From a virus (Duplodnaviria > Caudoviricetes), in IMG/VR virus record IMGVR_UViG_2858943916_000002, positions 1 to 64,000 of that record: a stretch of 64,000 nt of DNA; one strand, given 5' to 3'. The notes under the pieces are model-generated. The model was not told where the DNA came from. It ran no database searches and worked only from the letters and a program-made list of their open reading frames with translations. Positions within the stretch are counted from its first letter, which is position 1. Each line of letters starts with the position of its first letter. This document shows positions 1-9,120 of the stretch, one piece after another. Both the position numbers and the translations under genes were made by a program.

Positions 1-296
<296 letters not shown>

Positions 297-930
297 TCAA
301 CGTCGCACCTCGAACATTGAGGGCATGTTCGGACTAATCTGCCGACTTGCTCCTGAGGATGCGGCTACATCCCCTGTCGCGCAAGAGGAACTGGAGCGAC
401 AAGTGCGCGGGCAAATGATAAGACACCCGGAGTTGATGAAAGCGCTGATACTGTCAAATGGAGAAAAGCGCTCGATTCTCCGCAAAATGAATGCTCGCCC
501 TGACCCGGGCCAGTTGTGGCGCGACGTGCCGATTGTGACGCTCCGCCATCCCGAGATACAGGGAATTATCGAGACGTGCTTTAGGAAGCTCCTGCTAAGT
601 CTGCACTACATGCATACAGGAACTATCTTGCCTAAGCGAGGAGTCGGCTTCCTGCGCTGGTTTTCAAATGGGCAGCCAACTCCGGAAGATGCATTTGAAG
701 AGGCCGCTCGACGACTCCCCCATCAGACCGAGCAGAAACGAGCAAACGTCGATCTGTCGACCCAATTTTCATATCGCTATGCAGTCTCAGGCGATAAGAC
801 CACTAGCGCATTTCTAGTGGTCTTTGGAAATAGCCTTGGAGCCCTCGGATTTCTCTGCAATGACAGTTCGCAGATATCAGAGTCAACAAAGCAATGGAAG
901 GTCGAATTCGGAGCCTTCGATCCGGAATAG
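297..930 (+). pseudogene. hypothetical protein, probably 5'-truncated by IS21
   Basis: frame of the 201-aa ORF (ATG 325) stays open back to the IS end (QRRTSNIEG-M); no RBS seen before 325. Confidence 0.5.
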
Positions 931-1088
931 GATAGAAATGCGCTTTTTTGGATGCTTGCCTACTGCTCAGTTTACTTAGCCACACATACGGTTGACTTGG
1001 TCATCCCAGTAGCCGTTTCAGTAGCATCACGTCTTAGATTCCCAACCATTTCAACGACAAACAAACGGCATGGGAATAGTCTTGCCGC

Positions 1089-1265
1089 ATGCATCCCTGG
1101 CCCTTCGACACCATCACGCCCGAGCGCTGGGCGACCCTTCCGGACGAGGACAAGGCAATGATCGAGGCATTGACCGCCACGTTCATTGCCGCGGTGGCGC
1201 GCCGGCGCCAAGTTGATACTCGCGCGCCTGCCTCCGATGACCGCCCCTACCCCGCTCGCCGGTGA
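1089..1265 (+). CDS. 58-aa protein resembling the CI C-terminal WPF domain
   Basis: hand-translated MHPWPFDTITPERWATLPDEDKAMIEALTATFIAAV...; GGGAATAG upstream; aligns ungapped to the CI CTD at 38802-39179. Confidence 0.7.
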   Translation: MHPWPFDTITPERWATLPDEDKAMIEALTATFIAAVARRRQVDTRAPASDDRPYPARR

Positions 1266-1543
1266 GCTTTCTCGTACTCCGCGATCACGGCCACCGCGAA
1301 ATTCAGCGATGCCTGCATCGAGGCCAACATCTGCCGCACGGCTTCGATAGGGTCAGTCATTGATTGCGCAACCCGCTCCGCTGGTGCCGCAGCAGCAGCA
1401 GGTTTACGGATCGAAGCTACCCCGCGGGGCAACCGTCCTCGCCGCGCGGCGTTCTTCACGGGCTGCAGGCCAGCGGTAGGTAGATAGGCAACCTCCGGCG
1501 CCTGGGACGCTTGAGCGAATTTTGAGTCGGTGCTAACTTCCAT
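1247..1543 (-). CDS. hypothetical phage protein (98 aa)
   Basis: purine-rich RBS (GGAAGGAAG); helical C-terminus; downstream of antirepressor in same orientation. Confidence 0.55.
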   Translation of the reverse strand: MEVSTDSKFAQASQAPEVAYLPTAGLQPVKNAARRGRLPRGVASIRKPAAAAAPAERVAQSMTDPIEAVRQMLASMQASLNFAVAVIAEYEKAHRRAG

Positions 1544-1571
1544 TTGTGATTCTTCCTTCCTACAGGGCTTG

Positions 1572-1769
1572 TCACAGACCTAACGCCTCGCTGGTTGCTG
1601 CCAGCGGGGCGTTTCCTATTGGGTCCGCAAGATCAGTATGCCTACCTGGTCCGGAGAGCCAAATTCTTTGTGCGACTTTTTGGTCTCTAACGAGACTGTT
1701 CTCATGAGCATCACCACCTTGGATGATGTAGATGCGCGGTGTGCTCACCACGGCCTGGCCGCGCCTCAT
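1572..1769 (-). CDS. hypothetical protein (65 aa) coupled to antirepressor
   Basis: ATG 1769 overlaps antirepressor stop (ATGA). Confidence 0.35.
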   Translation of the reverse strand: MRRGQAVVSTPRIYIIQGGDAHENSLVRDQKVAQRIWLSGPGRHTDLADPIGNAPLAATSEALGL

Positions 1770-2530
1770 GCGACATCCTCTTTCCTCAGCAGCGGCAGCA
1801 CGGCCGACGACCACTTCACCTGCTGGATCGGCACGCCGGAACCATGCTTCTTGCCGGTGTCATAGATGCGTGCGAAGGCCTGCCCAGCCTCCAGCGCCTC
1901 CCATTCGTCGCCGCGCTTGGCCTGCATCCCAGCCTCAGCCAGCAACAGGTTCACCTTTCTGCCCGACAGGCCGCCCAGCATCTGGCCCAACTCCGTCGGC
2001 GTGAAAAAAAGCGCCTCCTGGTTTTCGGCTTCCAGATGCGTGTGGCCCAACTGCTGTAGCAGATTCACCTGTGTGGCGGACATGACAGCCTGGTTGGCGG
2101 CAATAGCCGCCGCGTTCTTGTCGCACCCCAGCAACCGGGCAGCACGGAACAGCGGGGGGAAGGCTCGGGCGGCTTCGGTGACCAGCCGTACGGGCGACGC
2201 GGCACGATAGCCACCGGTCTTCCGAATCGAGGGCAAGACTTCGGAAGTCACCCATTTCTTGAAACGTTTGGCCTCAGGCTTGGCGCTGCTGAGGATGAGC
2301 GCGTACAGCCCAGATTCGTTGATGTGGTTCGATTGCTGCCGCCGCCCAAGTGCATCGATGACCTCGCGTTTTGCGAGGTCATCCTCTTCAACATGTTTGG
2401 CTAGCGCATCCCATGGGTTGGCATAGCCCAGGACGTCGCACACGTCCCCTGCGTTGAACCACGGCTCATGGCCCTCCATCTGCACACGGATCTGGCGCGA
2501 CTCGAAGTCGAATGGGATGACCTTGCTCAT
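1766..2530 (-). CDS. Bro-N domain phage antirepressor with KilA-C-like C-terminus
   Basis: F....IR......EPWF.A.DVC.VLGY.N...AL..H...INESGLY.LIL.S.KPEAKRFKKWVTSEVLPSIRKTGGY; C-terminal FFTPTELGQ...KVN.LL. Confidence 0.92.
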   Translation of the reverse strand: MSKVIPFDFESRQIRVQMEGHEPWFNAGDVCDVLGYANPWDALAKHVEEDDLAKREVIDALGRRQQSNHINESGLYALILSSAKPEAKRFKKWVTSEVLPSIRKTGGYRAASPVRLVTEAARAFPPLFRAARLLGCDKNAAAIAANQAVMSATQVNLLQQLGHTHLEAENQEALFFTPTELGQMLGGLSGRKVNLLLAEAGMQAKRGDEWEALEAGQAFARIYDTGKKHGSGVPIQQVKWSSAVLPLLRKEDVA

Positions 2531-2580
2531 CGCTCAGCCTCCTGAGCATTTACCTGCATAGCTTGCCGCTCCTCGCCCAT
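2527..2580 (-). CDS. 17-aa leader ORF coupled to antirepressor
   Basis: GGAGG RBS 8 nt upstream; MGEERQAMQVNAQEAER; ATGA overlap with 2530 start. Confidence 0.4.
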   Translation of the reverse strand: MGEERQAMQVNAQEAER

Positions 2581-2674
2581 ACGGTTAACCTCCGTCAATA
2601 GTGGTACATAACGCTCAAGTACCAGTACATATTCGTTCACAAAATCATCACTGTCAACACAAAAATGTACTTTT

Positions 2675-3409
2675 ATGTACTCATCTAGCGACATAGGCCG
2701 CCGCATCCAGCATGCTCGCGCAGCCCTGGGATGGACGCAGACCCAGCTAGCAAAAGTCTGCGAAATCGCCCCGACTCAGTTCTCACGCTATGAGTCTGGT
2801 AGGGCCACGCCCCGCCCAGAGACGCTCTCCAAGATCGCCGCTGCACTCAACGTCACGATCGAATGGTTGGCTACGGGCGAGGGGCCGGTGCAGGGAGACA
2901 ACCAACTCCCTCCTATGCCTGAAGGATTCGAATCGGTAAGTCTGACTCTTCCAGCAGACCTCGTTGCCCGTATGGAGGACAGCGCGCGGCAAAACGGCCT
3001 GACACTTGAGATGGAGTTGTTACGCCGGCTCGATGAGAAGAATGCGGCGGCAGCCTCTTTGGACAGCTTGGTGGAGCAAGTCCTTTTGAAACTTGTCGAA
3101 CGGGCTGAGGCAGCCGAACGCGAACCCCCGGAACAACAGAGCGGTAGAGACAACAGCTTTCAGCTTGTACAAACCACTCGAGACGCCCTCCTCAAGCCGC
3201 TGCAAACCGTAGCTCATATAGCCGCCGAAGGCAGGCTGAGATCGAGAACTCCACAGATTCCTGGAGTGAACGCTCCTAAGGAGGGACTCGGCGGAGCACC
3301 GAAGGCCAAAAAACCTGAAAAGGCAACGCCGGCTATTACGAAGAAAAAAGTTGCGCAGAAGAAAGCCGCGCAAACCAGGCCAGAGGCCAGCAAAGGTCAG
3401 GAGAACTGA
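2675..3409 (+). CDS. XRE helix-turn-helix regulator fused to an Arc/Mnt-like RHH segment and a Lys/Ala-rich tail
   Basis: IGRRIQHARAALGWTQTQLAKVCEIAPTQFSRYESGRATP; SVSLTLPADLVARMEDSARQNGLTLEMELLRRL. Confidence 0.88.
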   Translation: MYSSSDIGRRIQHARAALGWTQTQLAKVCEIAPTQFSRYESGRATPRPETLSKIAAALNVTIEWLATGEGPVQGDNQLPPMPEGFESVSLTLPADLVARMEDSARQNGLTLEMELLRRLDEKNAAAASLDSLVEQVLLKLVERAEAAEREPPEQQSGRDNSFQLVQTTRDALLKPLQTVAHIAAEGRLRSRTPQIPGVNAPKEGLGGAPKAKKPEKATPAITKKKVAQKKAAQTRPEASKGQEN

Positions 3410-3450
3410 ACTCTCCTCGCCGAGACCTAGTCTCCATCGACACCAAAAGC

Positions 3451-3474
3451 AAAGCCGGCAAATTGCCGGCTTTT
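3451..3474. terminator. intrinsic terminator, probably bidirectional
   Basis: AAAGCCGGCAAATTGCCGGCTTTT between convergent genes. Confidence 0.8.
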
Positions 3475-3629
3475 GTTATGCGCGCCACCTTCGCGGTGGC
3501 CTGCTCGGTGCCGCGCTACCAAAATCAGACACGTCCGCCTGGCGGTGTGCTGGCAACATCTAGAACGACCTGCTGGCCAGCCTGACGCCGGACCCAGCAT
3601 TGCATCATCCCGGCCGACGCGCGCGATGC

Positions 3630-5711
3630 CTACATTTCCATTTCGTCTTCGTCGTAAGTAGGCTCAATCGGCTCAGGATCTTGGGCAGCCGCAATTTCCT
3701 TAGGCGTGGGAAGTTTTAGCTTATCCGCCAACAGAGTATCTAGGGACACTCCCTCACGGGGAGTCACGAACTCGAGCCCAAGAATTTTAACTTTATTCTG
3801 GGCATCACCTAACGGAATATCCCACCGCATGCTCATAAATTCGAGCAGACGAACCCCTCTCTTCAGGATCTCTGTCGCTCCCCAATCCTCCTCATGAGAA
3901 ACTTGAATCTCAGAAAGGCAGCCGTATCTATATCCGGCCTGTGCTGAGACACCACCCTTTTTTATGAGAAACGACTTATTTCCCAGCGAAGAATTTTTTG
4001 GATGAGACACTGGGAGAAGATTGCCTAGTGAATTCCGAAGAGTATTTCTTTCCGCAACAGAATACTGAGTAAATTTTTGCTTCCAGTACGGATCCACCGC
4101 GCGCTGGGGATAGATGTGCTCTACGGTTTTATGGTCAATTTCAAAGGATTCTCTCACATAGTCACCCCACGTCAATAATTGACGCTGAGTTTTAGACAAA
4201 GTCCGAAGGTGTTGTTCATACTCATACATGAAGTACCTAAGAGGCCCCCACGCATAATAACCGTTATTTTTTCCAATAGACTTTAGCGCTTCAACAAACT
4301 CGGGAGATCGAACAAATTTATCCGACATCGCTTGAAGAGTCCTGATGATGTCCTCAGGTTCCAACTCCTGAGCCAACAGCTCAATTGTCAGCCTTTCCAC
4401 ATCAATAGAACTAAAATAGTACGAACTAAATCGCCGCAAGAATCCGAATCGCTCCATAGCCTTAAGCAAGGGTATTCGACGCTCGACCTCATTAATGCTA
4501 TGCATAACAGCAATGGATAGCGCAAATATGGCGAGCTCAGAAATTCTTACGATACTACTCAATAGCATCTTTTCTTGATCTGACCATCGAGACGCATCCG
4601 GCACAGCTACGTCGTGGTACACCTTCACGGTTTGCTTAATATGCTGTGAAAAGCCAAAGACGCCGTCAATTGTCAGACGCTTTTCGGGGTCATCCGAAGT
4701 CAAATGTTTTGGAGTAAAAATATCATCGAGAAGCTTCTCTTTAAACGCCTCACCGCCCCATCTTCTTTGCAAATATCGCCGATTATCCTCCTCTTGCTGC
4801 TCTGACTTCCCAACCAATTTCGGTCCAAAATAGCACAAAAAATGTGCCCATAAAAACACATCATCAGTGAATTTTCGGGAAGCCATTTTCCCCAAATAGT
4901 GATAAACAGTCTTCCAGCTCTCATTAATTGCCTTCCTCAATCGCTCCCGCTCATGCTTATCGGCGTCAAACTTGGTAGAGAGATAAATCAGACGATTTTT
5001 CAGCAGTTCCAAATGCGAAAGAGGCTTACCCCTGTTATTCATAGTCTCGAAGGCAACAAACACATCGAGATCAGGCTCAATATAAAATACATTAAACTGA
5101 AAATTCTGTGTCAATTTCGCAAAAAGACGCTCCTTCTGCTCAATGGATAGTTTCTCGATTTTTCTTCCAAAGAAAGCCTTGGCAATACCCAGATTTTTTG
5201 TATAACTAGTGGCCTCCAGCACCGAATGATTCTCTGAGGCCTCCTCAAACACCACTTCTTTCAAATATTCGGCGCTCGGGTTATCTTTTTCGTACCCAAA
5301 AACATACGAACGAGATATTCCCCCATCCCTGGACTCAAATATATATTTCTTTCTTATTTCATTTTTTGTGAAATAATTCAAACTCTCATCATCCGATATC
5401 GATGACAATATTTCATGAAGGAGTATTATCGCTGTTGTCAGACGTTGCTGACCATCAACGATATATAGTGGTTGGTACTGCCGCGACTCAATTATCCATA
5501 AATCGTCGGACCAACTTTTCCAATCTTGAGCCAAAACCGGCTCCAAAGTCAGTACGCCGGTATAGTGATTTTTTCCAGCTGGCAACTGTTCAATATCGTT
5601 CCAAAAGTCTTTAAGATGGCGCTCTTCCCACGAATACCCCCGTTGGTAGTCTGGGATACGAAAAATCGTCTCCGAGAACAGCTTTGACAGTGATTTTAAT
5701 TGTGACTGCAT
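3630..5711 (-). CDS. DUF262 + DUF1524 protein (GmrSD-like type IV restriction endonuclease)
   Basis: IPDYQRGYSW, VDGQQRLTT, FETMNNRG; C-terminal VEHIYPQ..LGNL...N; AT-rich relative to flanks. Confidence 0.92.
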   Translation of the reverse strand: MQSQLKSLSKLFSETIFRIPDYQRGYSWEERHLKDFWNDIEQLPAGKNHYTGVLTLEPVLAQDWKSWSDDLWIIESRQYQPLYIVDGQQRLTTAIILLHEILSSISDDESLNYFTKNEIRKKYIFESRDGGISRSYVFGYEKDNPSAEYLKEVVFEEASENHSVLEATSYTKNLGIAKAFFGRKIEKLSIEQKERLFAKLTQNFQFNVFYIEPDLDVFVAFETMNNRGKPLSHLELLKNRLIYLSTKFDADKHERERLRKAINESWKTVYHYLGKMASRKFTDDVFLWAHFLCYFGPKLVGKSEQQEEDNRRYLQRRWGGEAFKEKLLDDIFTPKHLTSDDPEKRLTIDGVFGFSQHIKQTVKVYHDVAVPDASRWSDQEKMLLSSIVRISELAIFALSIAVMHSINEVERRIPLLKAMERFGFLRRFSSYYFSSIDVERLTIELLAQELEPEDIIRTLQAMSDKFVRSPEFVEALKSIGKNNGYYAWGPLRYFMYEYEQHLRTLSKTQRQLLTWGDYVRESFEIDHKTVEHIYPQRAVDPYWKQKFTQYSVAERNTLRNSLGNLLPVSHPKNSSLGNKSFLIKKGGVSAQAGYRYGCLSEIQVSHEEDWGATEILKRGVRLLEFMSMRWDIPLGDAQNKVKILGLEFVTPREGVSLDTLLADKLKLPTPKEIAAAQDPEPIEPTYDEDEMEM

Positions 5712-5815
5712 AATCGCCTCTAGTTAGACAACAGCAGACAAGAATAGTCACAAACTTCACTTCTGTCATCATTGCGAACACTTACAGCCAACATGGCCAC
5801 ACGTGTCATATCCTC

Positions 5816-6334
5816 TCAACGAAAGCGAACCTGACACGCTTCCAATTGTGCCGTCAGCCGTTGGATCCCAGCTCGGAGGGCGAAATAATCCGATCGAGCA
5901 GCGGGATCAAGTTCGGCGCGGGCTCCATGATCCACGCCGGAGGAGGCGCCGGCTTCGGACACTCCACTGCTGGCAGTGGGGCAGGCGGCACGGACGCGCA
6001 GCCGTTGGCGCCCAGCATCAACATCAGCCCGCAAACCTTCCTCTTGAATCTGCGCATTGCGCATCCCTCCATAGGCGACCCACTCGGCACGCCCGTTCCG
6101 TTCGTTGATTTCCGCGACATCCGCATGGCGCCGTGCCAGGATCTCGCGGGCTTGCCGCTGGCCCTCGGCAACCTCATCTGCCCGCGCCGCGTGCTGAACC
6201 GCCAGCCGTTCGCTATAGCGCCAGCCCTGCGCTGTCCACGCGGCAGCGCCGACCGCAACCCCGCCGACCAGCGCCGCCACCGCGTACCCCCTCCAGCCTG
6301 CAAGCGCGCCCGCAGCGCGCGTTAGAACGCTCAC
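5816..6334 (-). CDS. Rz-like inner-membrane spanin
   Basis: GTG 6334 overlaps endolysin stop; N-terminal TM; coiled coil; LRVRAACP..AELDP motif. Confidence 0.85.
   Translation of the reverse strand: MSVLTRAAGALAGWRGYAVAALVGGVAVGAAAWTAQGWRYSERLAVQHAARADEVAEGQRQAREILARRHADVAEINERNGRAEWVAYGGMRNAQIQEEGLRADVDAGRQRLRVRAACPTASSGVSEAGASSGVDHGARAELDPAARSDYFALRAGIQRLTAQLEACQVRFR
5854..6057 (-). CDS. Rz1-like outer-membrane spanin lipoprotein nested in Rz
   Basis: basic N-terminus, lipobox-like LGANGC, Pro-rich CPKPAPPPAWIMEP. Confidence 0.8.
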   Translation of the reverse strand: MRRFKRKVCGLMLMLGANGCASVPPAPLPAVECPKPAPPPAWIMEPAPNLIPLLDRIISPSELGSNG

Positions 6335-6822
6335 GGTGTCACCTCGGCAGCGGCCAGGCGGTAGAGCGGCGGCCAGCTGTCCGGCTTGGGCTTGCCGGGG
6401 CGCCAGGTGCGCAGGTACAGCGCCCATCCCGCGTCAGCATCACCGATAGCCGGCAGCGCCTTGGTATCGGTCCAAAGCAGCAACCGCGCCACGCCGGCGG
6501 CCAGCACGTCGTCATACTCCAGCGCGGCATAGATCGCATCCGGGTCGCACGCCACGCTACGGGCCTTGCACAGCACCGCCAGGTGGCCATTGCTCGCTTG
6601 GTGCAGGCATACGCCCCAGACACCGCCACGGCTCGCTCTCGAACCTTTCTCGAATTGCCAGAAGCCCCTCGCCGGCCCGCCGATCTGGCGCCGATGCACA
6701 AAGCGGCTTTCCTGCAGGCCGATGGCCAGCAGCATGACCCGCGCCGCCGGCGTGTCCATCCGCGCCGGCAGCAACGCCAGCGCCGGCTCTATCGCCCGTT
6801 CCACAACCTCTTTCAAGTCCAT
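6331..6822 (-). CDS. endolysin, SLT-like transglycosylase (163 aa)
   Basis: LLAIGLQES..RQIGGPARGFWQFE; located between holin and spanins. Confidence 0.8.
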   Translation of the reverse strand: MDLKEVVERAIEPALALLPARMDTPAARVMLLAIGLQESRFVHRRQIGGPARGFWQFEKGSRASRGGVWGVCLHQASNGHLAVLCKARSVACDPDAIYAALEYDDVLAAGVARLLLWTDTKALPAIGDADAGWALYLRTWRPGKPKPDSWPPLYRLAAAEVTP

Positions 6823-6824
6823 GC

Positions 6825-7268
6825 TCACCCCTCCCCGCCAGTCCGGCGCCAGGGCAACAGCGCCAGCACCTCTTTCACCCACGCGACAACCCCGACCTCG
6901 CGAATGCGCGACATCCACTGCATATAGGCGCCCAGCACCCACCAGGCCGGCAGGCCCGCGAGCAGCATGCTCGGCCCAAGGACATAGAACCTGGCCAGCG
7001 CCAGGTCGTCACCGTCGGCCCCATGCCGGGCAAGCCAGGTCATGGCCTCCATCAAGCTGGGCTTCCAGGTAAGGACGGCGACTGCCAGCGCTGGCCCGAA
7101 AATGAACGAGCACGCCACCGTGCATATCGAGCGCACGGTGAACTCCCTTGAGGTCTTGGGCGGCATGATCAGCAGCCCGAGGATGGCGGCCAGCGCGGCA
7201 GGTGCGCCGTAGGCCAGCGCCACTTTCACCGCGGCGCCACCGCCGAAGCCGGCAGATGTGGGTTCCAT
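6825..7268 (-). CDS. holin-like membrane protein (147 aa)
   Basis: three or more hydrophobic segments; directly upstream of endolysin. Confidence 0.75.
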   Translation of the reverse strand: MEPTSAGFGGGAAVKVALAYGAPAALAAILGLLIMPPKTSREFTVRSICTVACSFIFGPALAVAVLTWKPSLMEAMTWLARHGADGDDLALARFYVLGPSMLLAGLPAWWVLGAYMQWMSRIREVGVVAWVKEVLALLPWRRTGGEG

Positions 7269-7315
7269 GCAGAAATTCCTTTGATGGGGTCGCATTGCTG
7301 CCTCCCGGATGGACG

Positions 7316-7338
7316 AAAAAAAGACCGCCGAGGCGGTC
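7316..7338 (-). terminator. intrinsic terminator between tail and lysis modules
   Basis: minus strand GACCGCCTCGGCGGTC followed by T7. Confidence 0.8.
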
Positions 7339-7366
7339 CATGTGCAATGCGGCTGCGGGCGCCGGG

Positions 7367-7816
7367 TCAGCGCTGTGGCAGCCAGGCCGGCGCCACAGGA
7401 CGCAGATCGGTCGACGGGAAGCCTTCCGTCTCCGGCCACTCTCGCAGGGCGTGGCGATACACCTGCAGCTCCTGGTACTGTTCAGCGCTCAAGGTGGTGT
7501 TGGCCCCATTCTCGAGCTCGTCTCGATGGCGTTGGACCAGAGCCTCGGTCGCGTCCAGTTGCGCACCACGCCAGGCGCGCTCAGTAGCGGCCAGTTGTTC
7601 GGGCGTCGGCGGATCAGGCTCCTTTGTCATCGGCTCGCCGTCGGGCCCAGTGCAGAACACGCGCCCTTGCTGGTGTTCGGAATACAGTTGCTCGTAGCGC
7701 TCAGAAGTGACTTCGAGGCCGTCCTCGGGCCACCCGGAAGGGCTGGCCTCGTATACGTCACGCAGGCTTTCCGGATAGAACGCCAACCGGCTGGGCGAGA
7801 AATAGTAGGTCGTCAT
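7367..7816 (-). CDS. tail fibre assembly chaperone
   Basis: YYFSPS..AFYP...WP.D.LEV..ELQ.YR.ALR.WP....FP. Confidence 0.85.
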   Translation of the reverse strand: MTTYYFSPSRLAFYPESLRDVYEASPSGWPEDGLEVTSERYEQLYSEHQQGRVFCTGPDGEPMTKEPDPPTPEQLAATERAWRGAQLDATEALVQRHRDELENGANTTLSAEQYQELQVYRHALREWPETEGFPSTDLRPVAPAWLPQR

Positions 7817-9120
7817 CAGTATCCCCAGACTTCCCAGTACATCGGCGAGGCTTCGCCGACACCATTGCGAAGAATCGCTGCGGTCGAATTGAGGTTGTTC
7901 AAGCCGGCGCCGGCATCCCTCAATACGCTGAACTTGCCCCCTTGCGTCGCCGATCCGCCCAGGCAGATATTTGGAAAGGCGATAGGGAACGTCACCCAAG
8001 CTTCCGAGTCACCGGGGACTTGCGAGATGCCCCACTGTCGAATAAGTCCCGTATCGCCGCAGCGCCACCAGCCCGTCGCACCGAATTGGGCCGACGAACG
8101 CCCCCTGGTGGCGGCATATGCGTCTAGTGCAGCGCGCACGGAGCCCGCAACATGGGCGGTAGTGGCGAGCCGGGTGCTGTTGTCCGTCAGCGCCGGGGTC
8201 GGGGCGGTAGGCGTACCGGTGAACGCCGGGCTGTCCAGGTTGGCCAGCTTGACGGGCTGTTTCCATACACCCCGGTCGCGCTCACGGAATTGCAGGATGC
8301 CGCTGCCAAGCGCGCAACCCATCTGAAAACCATTGGAGTCGTACAGCCTGTGAAGCAGGAAGCCAGACCCGAGCCAGTTTCTCGGACTCGGAACGCCCCT
8401 AGCTACATAGAATCCGGACTTGATATCTAGATCATCCAGGTCGGTCAGGCGATTGCTCACATCGACACCATTGTCCGTAGCCAGGCCATATTGCCCTATG
8501 GCCTCGATCGCGCGCATGGAAATAAAAAGGTCTTCGCTCACCTGGTCCGGCGTCTTGGACATCATGGCACCCTTGCCATTCCCGACCAAGTAGTTGCCCG
8601 CGGGAATCTCATCCAAGCCAGTCCCGCCGTGCGTTGGAGGCAATACGCCCGTGGCCGCGCTCATGCTCAACCCGGTCACTTCCAGCGCCACGTCCGCGGA
8701 TCCGTCGAACAATTTGGCTCGCGCCGTCGCCCCGCCGCTGATGGAGATATTGCGGGGCGTTTCCCATTTGGCGGCCGCGCCCACCGTCATAGATGGGGCC
8801 CTTTCCGGCAGGCGCTCAACCGGCACGGTGCCAGCGGTCAGCCTCGAGGCATTCAAGTTCTGGAATGCATACGAGATCGCATCGCTGCCCGCCGCCGTGA
8901 GCTCCCGGCCGGTCAAGGTGGCCACGGCTTCCAAATGCCGGTAAACCCAGGTCAGCTTCTGATCCGTGAACTGCTGGACAGCGTTGAATTGCTCCACCGT
9001 CGGCGGCAACGACCCGATGTAGGCCCACCCCGTGCTGTACTGGGCAGCCGAGATCCGGTCCGTGGTGCCGTTCTGTGCCCACGTCGCCTTGAAGAGCTGG
9101 AAGAAATTGGTTTCAGCCAT
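7816..9120 (-). CDS. tail fibre protein (434 aa)
   Basis: SPAFTGTPTAPTP repeat motif; C-terminal GWWRCGDTGLIRQWG..FPIAFPN..YWEVWGY gp53-like tip. Confidence 0.9.
   Translation of the reverse strand: MAETNFFQLFKATWAQNGTTDRISAAQYSTGWAYIGSLPPTVEQFNAVQQFTDQKLTWVYRHLEAVATLTGRELTAAGSDAISYAFQNLNASRLTAGTVPVERLPERAPSMTVGAAAKWETPRNISISGGATARAKLFDGSADVALEVTGLSMSAATGVLPPTHGGTGLDEIPAGNYLVGNGKGAMMSKTPDQVSEDLFISMRAIEAIGQYGLATDNGVDVSNRLTDLDDLDIKSGFYVARGVPSPRNWLGSGFLLHRLYDSNGFQMGCALGSGILQFRERDRGVWKQPVKLANLDSPAFTGTPTAPTPALTDNSTRLATTAHVAGSVRAALDAYAATRGRSSAQFGATGWWRCGDTGLIRQWGISQVPGDSEAWVTFPIAFPNICLGGSATQGGKFSVLRDAGAGLNNLNSTAAILRNGVGEASPMYWEVWGY

Noticed and set aside
930-2680. LexA box controlling the antirepressor or the CTD mimic
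   Set aside because: No CTGT-N8-ACAG match found by eye in these intergenic regions
7367-9120. Diversity-generating retroelement or fibre-tip shufflon as in Bordetella phage BPP-1
   Set aside because: No reverse transcriptase, invertase or duplicated TR/VR segment recognised in the window for either fibre
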